A stretch of DNA of 64,000 nt, taken from the NCBI GenBank assembly GCA_000165425.1, contig CT868050.1:124001-188000 (forward strand), read 5' to 3'. Under the pieces are notes generated by a model. That model did not search any database. It saw only the letters and a program-made list of their open reading frames with translations, and was not told the origin of the DNA. A program made the position numbers and the translations under genes. Below are positions 40,325 to 52,233 of this stretch, in pieces. Source of the stretch: Paramecium tetraurelia (lineage: Eukaryota). Within the stretch, counting starts at the first letter, position 1. Each line of letters starts with the position of its first letter.

Positions 40325-41761
40325 ATTTTAACTTTTTTTTTATAATAGTCCAAATATTTGATTTTCTTTTTCTGATTGCGCATTACACAACTTAAATTCT
40401 ACCAGTACTCCTCTAATTTACTTCAAATCGAAATCAACATATTTTACCCAAGTCATCCATTGCATCCTCTTTTAACATAATCGTCTATTGTAGTGAATTT
40501 CCTATTTGATTGAATATCTGTTAATAGTAGTATTTATTATAAACATCATATAAAATATATCACAAATCTATCCCAAAATCTGTTTAATATAATTAATCTT
40601 CTGTTAATTTATTTTATCTTCACTGTTAAGAATCAATTTTATTAATTATGGCAACTGAACCAAATGATATTCTCATTTTCTTTACCTATCGAATGAAAAT
40701 GTTAAATTGTTTTATTGTGGTATATTGAGTATCATTTTTTTATAATATTTATTACTAAACTGAATTATTAAAGTAAGATTCCTAAATCTTTTATGATTAA
40801 TTGTAAATTTAGTTATTCTACTTTAAGTGTCTAATATTCTCATGGGAAGTAACAATGAATGTAACATTTAAAAAAGCATAGTTTTCCATTTTGAATAACT
40901 TGTATCTTGTGTGCATTGAACCATCACTTAATAACTATACAATTTATATAAGCATCATAGGTTTAAAAATTAATATATGAGGAAATTCTGTTAAAAAAAT
41001 ACAATTTTCAAAAAGATTTTAAGGTTTGTTAATACTTATTTTAAGACAGGAATGCAATCACGCGAACAATTCTACTAAAAAAAATTTGGATACTTAGAAT
41101 TGTAATTAATAATCAACTGAGTGTTTTTGGATTATTACTATGTTTATTTTTGAATTGACAAATAAAACTATAGAACTGACTAATAATGAATAATTGAAAT
41201 TTTTATATAGTATTTCATTCATAACCGTTAGTTAAATTACATTTTCAGCCTATCAAACATAAATTTATCTAAAATTCTAAAAGAATTATTCTTTAAATAT
41301 GCTCATAGCTTAAATAAATTATTGGTGACAATCTTCCATGGTTAATTCAATTTTATAGTATTTTAAACATTGAATTACATTATTTTGAATTTTCCAATTA
41401 CAAAACGCTATTGAAATAATCATATATACATAATAAATCATCATTACTCAATATGTATTTTTATCTCATCGTCTTTATCCTTATTTACAATCATCTTTGT
41501 TGGATAATAAAGAGGAACGATTCACATTCATATAATTAGATTATATTTAATTAACTAAAATTGCATTATGTATATACAATCAATAAATAAATTCAAATAA
41601 TTCTTATATTAATAGGTCTTGTAATTACAAATAATAATTAAAGTAATTTTGATGAGATAAGTGATTCCTCTCCTTCTTTCCATTCACTTAGTAAATCGTA
41701 TAATTTTCAACATTATTACATATGTAAATTAATCATACATTTCATTATTATTTTATTATTA

Positions 41762-42911
41762 ATGTACAAACTCGTAGCTTTGGCATTGATTATTTCATCT
41801 GTATTTGCCGTTCAAAAGGATACTAAAACTATTTTGGCAGAAATAGACGCTGACAACTTTGGTAATACTATTCTTTCAACTGTCCAAATGTATTTACAAT
41901 CAAAAGGAAATGCTGAAGAAATCTTAGTTTTGCTTAATCAAGTCTTGGCTGGATTGGTCGACGATTAAAACAAGCATGACAACGTGATTAGAGTTGACAG
42001 ATCAGCATGCACTCGTATTGTTACAGATTTAGAAAACTCTATTGCTTATCATACAGCTTAAGTAGCTGCAAATGCTTAGATGAGAGAAGATAACGAAAAG
42101 GCTTTGGCTGAAGCTGAGAACGATGTTAGACAAACTATCTAAGTAATAACATAATATAATGAAAGGACATTGAAAGCAATGAAAGAACCTTTGCTTAAGA
42201 GGAAGCAAACAGAAATAAGGCTCATGAAACTTGGGTTAGAAAGAATGAAGAACACGATGATGCAATTGCAGCAGTTGATGAAGCAACCAAATTAGTCTAA
42301 CATCTTTCTTTGGGTGCCACATTTGCTGAGCTTAAGCCCAAATTCGAAGCTGTATAAAAGAGATTAATCGAAAATGAAAGCCACGGTGCTCTCTTTTAAC
42401 CAATTGTCACTGCCTTGACTGAATTAGCCACAAAGGTTGACCAAAAGGCAATCCAAAGAATTCTTTAATTACTTTCATAACTCAGATAACAATTGATAGA
42501 AGCTAGATCAGTTTTAGAAGTAATGAGATGTCATATACATAGGATACCGAAAACAGATAAGCTTAAAGATGGGTTGAGTTTTCTACTCATTTGAGTAATG
42601 AGCACAATAGATTGGTTGATAGAAAGAATCAATTGGAGTAAGCAATCCAATCATTCAAGACCAATATTGATACTGCCACTCATTTCTATGAAGTTCACCA
42701 AGTAAGAAGATAATATATTGAATTCTAGTTGGAATTAGAACAGGCTCAAGAAACTTTGGATGCTGAGCATGAGTGGTGCGACCTCCAAGAGAACACTTAT
42801 AGTGTTTAATCTTCAGAGAGAACAAGACAATAGGAAATTGTGGAGAGAATATTGGAACACTTGACTGAGAAATTGACTGCAACATCCCAATACCTTGGTG
42901 GCAGATTTTGA
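41762..42911 (+). CDS. Trichocyst matrix protein precursor, T4-like
   Basis: MYKLVALALIISSVFA, DNFGNTILSTVQMYLQSKG, HETWVRKNEEHDDAIAAVDEATKLVQHL, ALFQPIVTALTELATKVD; three introns. Confidence 0.88.
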
Positions 42912-42939
42912 GATTAATACATAAATATTAAATATAATT

Positions 42940-43511
42940 ATGGGACAACAATAAACTTAGGAACCCAGACCATTAAATGTGCTAGTCAAAGATGTGGCTA
43001 CATTTAATCTGTTGACTAAGTATTCAAATGTTGTAATTCAAGATCTCCAACAATTAAATAATGCTTAGGTAAATAATTGCTGGCAGAAGTAACAAAAAAG
43101 AAATAAGATTTATTTGAATCCTTCCCCTTTTTTAAAAAGTAAGATGACTTATGGATTGGAGTATTTGTGGACAAGGAATATTTTGTAATTACTTAGCAGA
43201 AATTCTAATATTGTAGACAATTGTTGGAGGATTTGTAATCAATTTTAATGTTTGATTTTTAAAATGAAGAAGGCACTTGTCAAATATGTTTTGCAAAAAA
43301 GATAGATAAATTACTCCCTTGTGGACATAGTTATTGTTAAGATTGTATTGATGGATGGTTTACAACCAAAGAACAAGACTCCTGTCCAATGTGTAGATCC
43401 CAAATAACCAAATTAAAAATGAAGAATGAATCCTATATTGTACCAAATGAGGCAGAACTGATAGAATCCTTTAAAGAGTAGCTCTTTATGCAATTAACCT
43501 AGTAGAAATGA
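42940..43511 (+). CDS. C3HC4 RING finger protein, RNF141-like
   Basis: MGQQ N-terminus; CQICFAKKIDKLLPCGHSYCQDCIDGWF...CPMCR; one intron. Confidence 0.8.
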
Positions 43512-43543
43512 AATGAATTAATTAATATTTTTTTAATTATATT

Positions 43544-44183
43544 ATGGATTTCGAGCAATCAGACTAATTTACTTAGAGAGTAGAACAAATTATCAGGAAT
43601 GTAATATATGCATCTTGACTATATGTAGTTCTTACATATTCCAGGAGAGGACAATCCGAACTGGAAGGAGATCGGTTAAAAATTAGATCAATTTTAAAGT
43701 TAATTGGAAGAAGCACAAATGTATGAAATGATTATCTATTAAAAGGAGGATCCTCCAATATCTAAAGTCTAGTTTTGAAGCAATCCTAGAGCAATTATAA
43801 TGTGATTTAGGAGGCACTTAAATATAGAATCTATCAACGAGTTCAATAAACCAATAAAACCATCCTCTGAAGACTGATGACTTAAAGGTGAATGAGAGAA
43901 TAAATCAAATTGGGTTGAATGTGTACGAGATTGAGAAAAACTTAGACATTAAAATTGATTTGCTCGGCAACAAGGTAGAGAGCATAAAGATAGAGAGAGA
44001 GGAATTGCAAGAGCAGATTAAATCTATTGATGGTATACTTAAAAGTTTATCGAAGCTCGTATGGAATCGTAATGGCAAGGGTTGGCCAATGTCTCTGATC
44101 AATTCTGGCAATTCAAGAAGCAATTTGAGCCTCTTTTAATTGGAACGTAACAACAGAAAAAAAAATTCTCGCTATTTACATGA
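43544..44183 (+). CDS. Hypothetical coiled-coil protein (3' end uncertain)
   Basis: MDFEQSDQFTQRVEQIIRN with two introns and a heptad region. The TGA at 44181-44183 is in frame only if the A-run at 44157-44165 is mis-sized; otherwise the ORF runs antisense into RPS13. Confidence 0.55.
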
Positions 44184-44237
44184 GGATTTATTTTATTTAT
44201 ATTATTAATAATGTACTATATTGATTAAATTGTTTGC

Positions 44238-44775
44238 TCATTAACCGATTAAGGCAGATGCAGTCTTTGATACACTATATGTTTAGAGATTTATGTTTAC
44301 TATTTCCAATTGGATGGCAATTTTTGGGTTCTTCTATAATATCTGCTGAGTCTATGAATTCTGCTTTCAACCAAAATCAATCTGAATTTGCTTGTAATAT
44401 CTCCTCTGTTCTTTTCTAAATGCTTTCTGATTTGGACAGCCTTTTTGATCAAAGCATATAAGTCTTCAGGGATTTTTGGTGCACAACCTTTATTAAATAG
44501 CACATCCTTACCTCTCTTCTTCAAGATTCTCAAGATCTTTTGACCAGTCAAGAATCTGGTTTATGGGATTCCTTATTGATCTCTCAAGTAAACACCGATT
44601 TATGATCCATTAAGTCCTGAATTTACATTATTCTTGTACCCTTCTTCGCCAAATTTACAATCTAGTCAACGATGGACTTTGATGAGAGTGTCAACCACTT
44701 TGGTGCTTTTCTCTTGTATGGAAGGGCTGATCCGGAGATACCCTTTCCTTTTCCCTTAGCTTGCATACGTCCCAT
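44238..44775 (-). CDS. RPS13: 40S ribosomal protein S13 (uS15)
   Basis: [22 protein letters not shown]...[23 protein letters not shown]...[17 protein letters not shown]; three introns (23, 24, 26 nt). Confidence 0.97.
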
Positions 44776-44829
44776 AATTTATTTAAAGATTTAATTTTAT
44801 TTTAAATTTTATCCATTAAATGATTAAAA

Positions 44830-45323
44830 TCACTCATGCTTGTAGAATACCTTGGGCTTCTCGATCGAATTGCTTTTACAATTAATAATTTCATACATTC
44901 CGTGATGCCATAATGAAGGTTCGAAATTGTTATCGTCATCAATGAAGAAGAATTTCTTATCCAACTCAGGCACATCAAACTTATTTTCCCAAATTGGGGC
45001 ACCGTCCAATAATTTGCCAATCTCTGATTATGTGCTTCTTTGATAAAAAGACCCTGCTGCAATTCTTTAATTAGTCACTCTCCATACCTTGTTCCAAAGA
45101 ACGTAGCTCCCACTGCTGCAGCCTTGAAATAAATAGCCAATTTCTTGGCAGCAGGAATCCTGTTAACTGCTTCCAAACTCAAATAGGTGGAGATCAAAGT
45201 TGCCTTGTTTTGGAAACTGTCCACTCCATTTACAATATCCAACACCTTCTGATGAGTCTAAGTTGGCACCAATGAAGTATGAGTCCACCAAGTCTTGTTC
45301 TAAGAGTTAAGACTAATATACAT
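44830..45323 (-). CDS. Small ciliate membrane protein, possibly a mitochondrial inner-membrane complex subunit
   Basis: MYISLNSQNKTWWTHTSLVP...GAPIWENKFDVPELDKKFFFIDDDNNFEPSLWHHG; two introns; the function is inference only. Confidence 0.65.
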
Positions 45324-45394
45324 TTTATTTAATATTAATATTGTATTGTAAAAGTACTAGTGTAAATTCTTTGATAAAGTGTTAATCTTTTAGA

Positions 45395-46091
45395 ATGAAT
45401 CCTAGATACAAAATTATCTTCATTTAGAGATTAAGTCCTTTAATGAAATGATACTAAATATGATAGATTAAGAATGCCAATTTTAAGTCGTTTCTGATAC
45501 TGAAATAAACTCCTATAAAACAATCTTGATGATTTAATTATTAGAATTAAACATTAGATTTCAAATATATAATGTAATAGGAATTACAATTATGTAAGGT
45601 GTTAGAAAGTGAATTAATTTTGATTTAAAAATCTAAATTATATACTATGATCTATAGTTAGACTGTAGTTAATGAAATAAAGGAAGGAAGGAATCAGATA
45701 TGCAGAAATCAAAAAGAAAACTAATCCATATTAATATATATAATAGAACTAATCAATAAGAATGAGATTGCTATGACAGCATGTTTGTTAATTGTATGTT
45801 TCTAAGATATTATTATTTAATGAGAAATTTTAGTCTATTTAGAGAATATTTAATATATACATAATAGAATCATTGTAATTAAGTGAGTAAAGGAAGATAT
45901 ATGTATTTAGATTTAATTTACTTTATAGGATATTTTAAGTACGAATTGATGAATCTCTTATTGTTTCTCGAGCTATATAGGGGAGAATTCCTTAAGAATA
46001 TAGTGTTGGTCAGAGGATGATTGTGAGAGTGATTAAGAAGATAGTGATAGAGGGGATATTGATTATAGTGATAGTGATTTAATTAATATGA
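45395..46091 (+). pseudogene. Possible decayed gene remnant
   Basis: Unusually long intergenic region with a coding-like acidic tract WSEDDCESDQEDSDRGDIDYSDSD (~46008-46080) but no continuous frame. Confidence 0.25.
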
Positions 46092-46127
46092 ATAAAAACG
46101 GTATTTGTAGTAATAATAAAATAAATA

Positions 46128-47400
46128 ATGAAGAGTGTAGCAGGAGTGCTAGTGATTTTACTGTTGAGCCAAGGGGTTTTGTGCAGTCCAAAGAAGATCA
46201 ACACAGATTTTTTGAATTTGCTTAGTTCTAAGACAAATGTGATGAGCTCGTAGGATGCCATACAATCAGTTTTAACACTCTTGGAGGATTTGCAGGGTGC
46301 CAATGTTGAAGCCTAAGACAAGGCGGATCTCACCTTCTAGAGATTTGAGAATGCTATCTTATCTGATATCAATGAGTTCTCAGGAATTGTGAATGTTAAC
46401 TCAAAGAGTGCTGCAGCTGCCTCACAAGACCTCGAAGCTGTTGAGTAATTCTTTATCTAACTTAATCAAGTTTGAAAATTCAACAAACCACAGATTACTT
46501 GAATTGGAATAATAAGAGATACAAGGCAAATGAACTCAAATTAGAGAATTTGGCTGAGTAACCACATATTCATTACACTCTAGGTAACGTTGTGAAGCCA
46601 ATGCTTTGTTCATTGACACCTTAAGGGAGTACAAAAATGCACTTTCAGTCCTCGATTGGGTGAGAAGTGATGCTCAAAGCAAATAAACTAATTTGGTTGA
46701 AAAGAGTCACGTTGGAGATTATGCTGAGAAATTGAGCAAGTATGCCAATCTCTTTGAGGAACAAGCAGTCTAAGACTTTGTGAAATTAGGAGATGATGAG
46801 ACATCATTCTCACAATAAAGTATAATTGATGATTCATTGAATAGGACAGAGAGGAAACAGCGAATAGTTGGTGTAATTGATGACAAAGGATGTGGTGGGT
46901 GTGATTTAGTAATTGATTGACAAATTGAGAGAAACAATCAAGGGATTGGAAGAGTAGGAAATTCAATCAGCCAACGATTTCGCTGATTTCAAGACAAATC
47001 TATTGGCAGAATAGGAATCCTTGAAACAAGAGTATGATGCTAAGGCCAAGTTCTTGAATTCACTATAGAATGACAAAGAATTAGCTTCTGATATTTTAAC
47101 CAAAAAGAAGGAGTTATAAGATTAAAGCATGAGAATTCTCAGTTTGACTCAAGGTATCACATGCATCTACAGGTTTTTATAGAGGAATACAATTACAAGA
47201 AGAAGTTGTATAATGCAGAGAAGGCAAAGAGACACGAGGAGAATCAATTGTTGGAGGAGTCTTTGTTGATTTACAGAGAGAAGATTGCAACTGTCAATGA
47301 GTATCTCAAGAAACGAGTAAATGAATATGTTGGTGATTCTTTGATTGAAGAACATGCCGTCACTAAATAGTAACCAGTTTCAACAAGAAAAGGATAATGA
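46128..47400 (+). CDS. Trichocyst matrix protein / granule lattice family precursor
   Basis: Signal MKSVAGVLVILLLSQGVLC, DAIQSVLTLLEDL, QRCEANALFI, LEEQEIQSANDFADF; four introns. Confidence 0.8.
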
Positions 47401-47462
47401 AACAATATTCAAAAAATACAAATTAATATTAACTAATCAAATATATATATATATTATAGATT

Positions 47463-49288
47463 TCATTTTTTGTCAGGTGATTATTAGAATCTTCTCTATG
47501 AGTTTTTTTGAGTTTATTGATGTTATAATTTAGAGAGTTCGGCATCATATTGATACCCATCAAATAGTGCTATTGAAATAGTGCAATACTAAATACCTTA
47601 GACAGTATCTCTACGTAACATCACTTGATTTTCGAGTACTTACTCTTCATTCAATTGTGTCTCTTCTGATATCTAATTTTGGAAATCAAAATTGTTGTCT
47701 ACAGACTACTATTAGATAAATGAAATTACTCCTGGAGTGTAAAGAGCTGTCAACTTCTTTTTTAAGAGATCATCCCATGGAAATCCTTTGAGCCAAGGAT
47801 GATGGAGAATCTCTTCAATCCCATTGGCTCCCAATCTTCTCTCCGGTTTCCGTTAGATTAACTGTATATGATTGAATCTATACTGTATTAACAAAATCCA
47901 TAGCACTCTCACTCCAATAATTAGGCATTTCTTCTCTCCTTACTTAAACTTATTTAGCCAAGATCTATTCACGAATGTCTTGTCTGGTTCTACCATTATA
48001 TGGTCTACGTCCAAGCATTAATTCATATGTAATGACACCTAATGCATAATAGTCAGCCACAATGGAGTGATCCATTCTACACATTACTTCAGGTGCCATA
48101 TATCCTGGAGTGCCAGAAGTATCTCCAGCATTATTGCCCTTGTTTATGCGTGCAATTCCAAGATCAGTCAATCTCATGTAGCCATCTTCTTCCAGGACTA
48201 GATTCTCTGGCTTTAGATCTCGATGGATGATGCCGTGTTGATGTAGATATGTAAGGGAGAGTAGAATGCAGGCAACGAAGAATTCTAAACAACTTAGATG
48301 ATCAATAAGTACTTGTTTAAGCTTCACTGAATTTTCTCATCTTGCCTAGATGGAAACGCAAATCACCTCCTGTTAAGAGATCGATGATAAGGTAGAGATT
48401 GTCTCTATCTTAGAATGCATATGACATATTAACAAGGAAGGGGTGATGAAGATGTTCTAACAAGTATTTCTCATTTAGCACAGAATTTACACTACGTTTC
48501 TGAATGATCTTAGCCTTCGCCATTTCCTTTAGAGCGTACATCTTTTTATTCTTCTTCATTTCCACCTTCCAGACTCTACCAAATCCTCCCTTACCAATCA
48601 CGTAGAGAAATTTAAAATGTTAACGTCCCACTATCTCTGGGGGAAGACTCTCCACCTATTGTGCTACCAATTGAGTTTTGTCATTCAACTCTGATTTGCG
48701 ACTATAAGATGGCTTGTCTTTCTTGGGAGAATTCGGAGCTGATTCAGATATCGAGTTCAATATCTGTTCAGAACGAGATTGCGAATTGATTGAATTTGCT
48801 GAATTCGCAGAACTGTATTTGCTAGCCAATTTCAATTTAAATGACATCTATGTGCTACTCAACATACTTTTGCTCTCCACTTTTTTTGGTACTACTTTAC
48901 TTTTCAATTGATAACTATGTTCGTACACTTACGAATTGCTGACATTGCTTTTGTGATAGATAACATTGTCTGGATACAGTGGTTTCTTCGCAGATGGTTG
49001 TCTATTCATTAATATTTGACTTTGTTTCTCCCTGTTCGGTGATTGATGGGCTGAGATTGAACTCCCAACCTTGACGTCTCTTCGTGAATCCTATTGTCTG
49101 ATCATGGGACTCTGATTCACCTTCTTGCGAGCACAGATTGCACAATGCTTGAGATTGCATTAGCATTCCCAAGTGCTTGACTGTTTTCTAAGTGGGACTT
49201 TAATTGGTTCACCCTTGAAATGAATCTTAGAATTCAATTATTGTTTAATGAGCAAGTCCCTCAGATTTTTGGCTGTAGATTGTTACAT
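47463..49288 (-). CDS. AGC-group Ser/Thr kinase
   Basis: IGKGGFGRV, YALKEM, HPFLVNM, HRDLKPEN, TDLGIAR, SGTPGYMAPE, AGC C-tail; long low-complexity N-terminus. Confidence 0.93.
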
Positions 49289-49444
49289 ATATTTATTTCG
49301 TTAATTATTTTTTTTTCATCAAACTACTATTTATTATTGCCATTCTCAAATTGTCTCTTTCGCTTCGATATCCTCTCCTCGATACACATCCTTATATGCA
49401 AAATTAATCATTCTCAAATCAATATTATAACTAATTTTTATTTA

Positions 49445-50305
49445 ATGGGCTTGCGAAAATCCAAGGTCATCAAGAAGATCAAAATGGATATGCAATAAAA
49501 AGCACTCAGCAAGGCTCCAACCACTCAGCAAAAGGTGACCATCAAGAAAGCAGAGAAAAGATCAGATGCACTCAAAAGCACCAATTCTCAATTTAGAAAA
49601 CATCAATACATTACAGAAAAGAAGGTCCAATTGGATTAATCTAAAATATAATCCGTTATCGATTCACTAAACAAGTACTACCACACTAATAATGATGGCG
49701 ATCGCAAAATTTATTTAATTGCTGAATTGCAATAAATACCAGAATTAAGTGAAGCACCCATAATTTAAATGTAACCATTTTTTCTATTCAGTCCTCTTAA
49801 AGAAGCCATACACTTCAAAGTAGCATTCGTAGTTCATGGTAATATACTAGAAGATTTCTAAAAAAAATACCCACAGTATAATGTTATGAGTTAAAATGCT
49901 TTCATAGCTGGCAAATCGTTTCCCAACCTTGATTTGATCCTCATTGACTACACACTCTATAATAAGATCATTGAAAAGAAACCCAGCAAGTAATTTATCT
50001 ATTTAGTTCTTAGGAAAATATACCCTTTTCATCCATCCAAAGTGCCTTTTGATTACAAGAAACATTACAATATTGGCGAATATTAGGAATACATTAATCA
50101 TTTAATTGGAAGTACTTTCAGCGTAATGAAAAACCAAGTTAAACAAATAATTCCAATAGGAAAAGTAGGTCAGAGTGGGACAATCGATAATGTATTGAAG
50201 GGAGCAATTGATTTTATTGCCAAATTACTTACTCAGAGTAAGGGGAACAACGTAGAACACTTATATTTGAAAACTAGCAAATCGATTGAGTTATTAATAT
50301 ATTGA
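49445..50305 (+). CDS. Ribosomal L1 domain-containing protein (RSL1D1/Utp30-like)
   Basis: Basic N-terminus; C-terminal NNVEHLYLKTSKSIELLIY matches the L1-family terminal strand. Confidence 0.6.
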
Positions 50306-50391
50306 ATGTTTAAATAATGAGTATAAATGATGAGTGTGAATAAAACGAGTATTGGGTGTTAATTTGTACATGTAATAATGTTGATCATGAC

Positions 50392-50602
50392 TCAATTGAT
50401 ATTTAGCTTAGTTCTTCTCCAGTGTCTTCTCTTTGAATTATATCTAAACATTGCAATTTCAATTACCTGATTGTATTGTCAGTTCTATATCTGAACCAAT
50501 TTGGTAATGGTCTGTTTTATTTATTGGCTTTAATTAATCTTTTCTTCATTCTCAAGGATTTGTGAGCTCCCTATTAAACAATAAGTGTGAAGCTATTACC
50601 AT
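50392..50602 (-). CDS. RPL39: 60S ribosomal protein L39 (eL39)
   Basis: ATG, 29-nt intron, then [51 protein letters not shown]. Confidence 0.95.
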
Positions 50603-50644
50603 TTTTAAATCTTTTTTAATTTATTTAATATATGAATCAAATAA

Positions 50645-51307
50645 TCAATTATACTCAGTCAGCAACGATACCAAATGTTCTTCCGATTGATGAGCACCCG
50701 ACTGCTTCACAAAGTCAAACAACCAATTCTCAGGGTATTGGGTGAACATCTAGGATAGCTTTTTGGCCTTCTACGTGATGATAATCGTCTCTTAATCCTT
50801 TGCGTTCAAAAGATTGTAGTGATTCAATCGTTCATCGATGATTTAAACTATAGCTTACTTTAATTTCTCATCCTTCTTGTAATCGATTACTTGTTTTTAA
50901 GGCACTTTGCTGTTTTGCTCTAACACCTACTTATTGTTATTGGGCTGATCTTGGTAATTGGATTTGTCCAAAATAATTTAACTCTGATTTAGTAAATCCA
51001 TGGAATTTCGAAGTTGGGTTTCATCATTTAAATTCTCCACAACAAGCAATTTGATAGTCGGCCATTTCATCTATTTATACATTTTCTTCAGGAACGTTAG
51101 AGCCAAATCGCAATTGATTTCCTCAATTCCATCAGGTTCACCTAGGAGATATGTTAATTTTCTACTTGGATTGATAATGGTGAATAAATGAACCTCCTTG
51201 ATTTGAGGGTAAAGGGTCTTGATAGTCTCTACGATTTCCTAAAAGGTCGTCACCTTTGGGGGCAACTTATGGACTTTTCTCTGATACACGATTTTTATAT
51301 TAGACAT
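50645..51307 (-). CDS. PB1-like domain protein with C-terminal helical (CUE/UBA-like) tail
   Basis: MSNIKIVYQRKVHKLPPKVTTFQEIVETIKTLYP...TIKLLVVE; C-terminal KAKKLSQMFTQYPENWLFDFVKQ. Confidence 0.6.
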
Positions 51308-51457
51308 TTTCTTTTATTATTATTTTATATCTAATTTTCATTAATATATACTCCTTTACTAATAAGAGATACAATGCATTTTTAATTGCATTTTGCATTC
51401 TCCATTCCTACAAATAGAAGATCACTTAGATATTTAAAACATAATTATAAATTATTA

Positions 51458-52140
51458 ATGAAATAAGTGCCATCAGCAAGTGAGTATTCTATATTACGAA
51501 AAGTTCAAAACCTCCACACTCACACTCAACCCAAAGAATCCAATTTAACATTGGGACGCACTACTAGTTATGAGTCTGGTCAATTCTGCAAGAGTTTCGA
51601 CATTATGGCATTTCGAAGAGCCTCCACTAAAGAAGATATTAACAATGCTCTACAAGGAAAGAACTAAGGGAGTCCCATAGAAACACATGCGATCAGTAAC
51701 CTCAATTCAATTAAGTAATCCGAATTGCCAATTACATTAGTCCTTCGTCCCACATTGAGATGGATCAATTGCAGACCAAAGTGTGGAAATCCCTGCAAAA
51801 ACAGTCCTTGGTATTTGATTGTAATATTATCAAGTAAAAGGCATATTTGATCGACATAATTGTGTTATTGCAAAACCAAAATGAATACGAATTTAAATTT
51901 GACATAAGCCAGCTTTCGTGTTTTCTCATGGTTAAAGACTTATCTAACATAATTTCATAAGCCTACTGGGATAGAGTGAACAAATCTCATTTGAAATTTG
52001 CTCTTCCTTATTTATCTATCTTAGTGGGCAAAGTGAAAACCCAGAAACTCGATGGCAACATGAGGCTCTTTGAACTAGTACACATATTGCTGAACGGTCA
52101 AAAGACTCTTATTTTATCAGAATCAACTCAACAAATTTGA
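51458..52140 (+). CDS. Hypothetical protein
   Basis: MKQVPSASEYSILRK, one 26-nt intron, TGA 52138-52140. Confidence 0.65.
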
Positions 52141-52233
52141 TTCTTAGAAATAGATTTTGTACTTGATTATTATCTATAATTATTGATTATGAGATTTTTG
52201 TTATGCAATATTTAAATTATTAAAAATCACACT

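Noticed and set aside
40325..41761. 1.4-kb gap as a transposon, retained IES or pseudogene
   Set aside because: No terminal inverted repeats, transposase fragment or continuous frame was found.
16608..47400. Three trichocyst matrix genes as a functional cluster
   Set aside because: They are dispersed among unrelated genes and the family is large, so co-occurrence is unremarkable.
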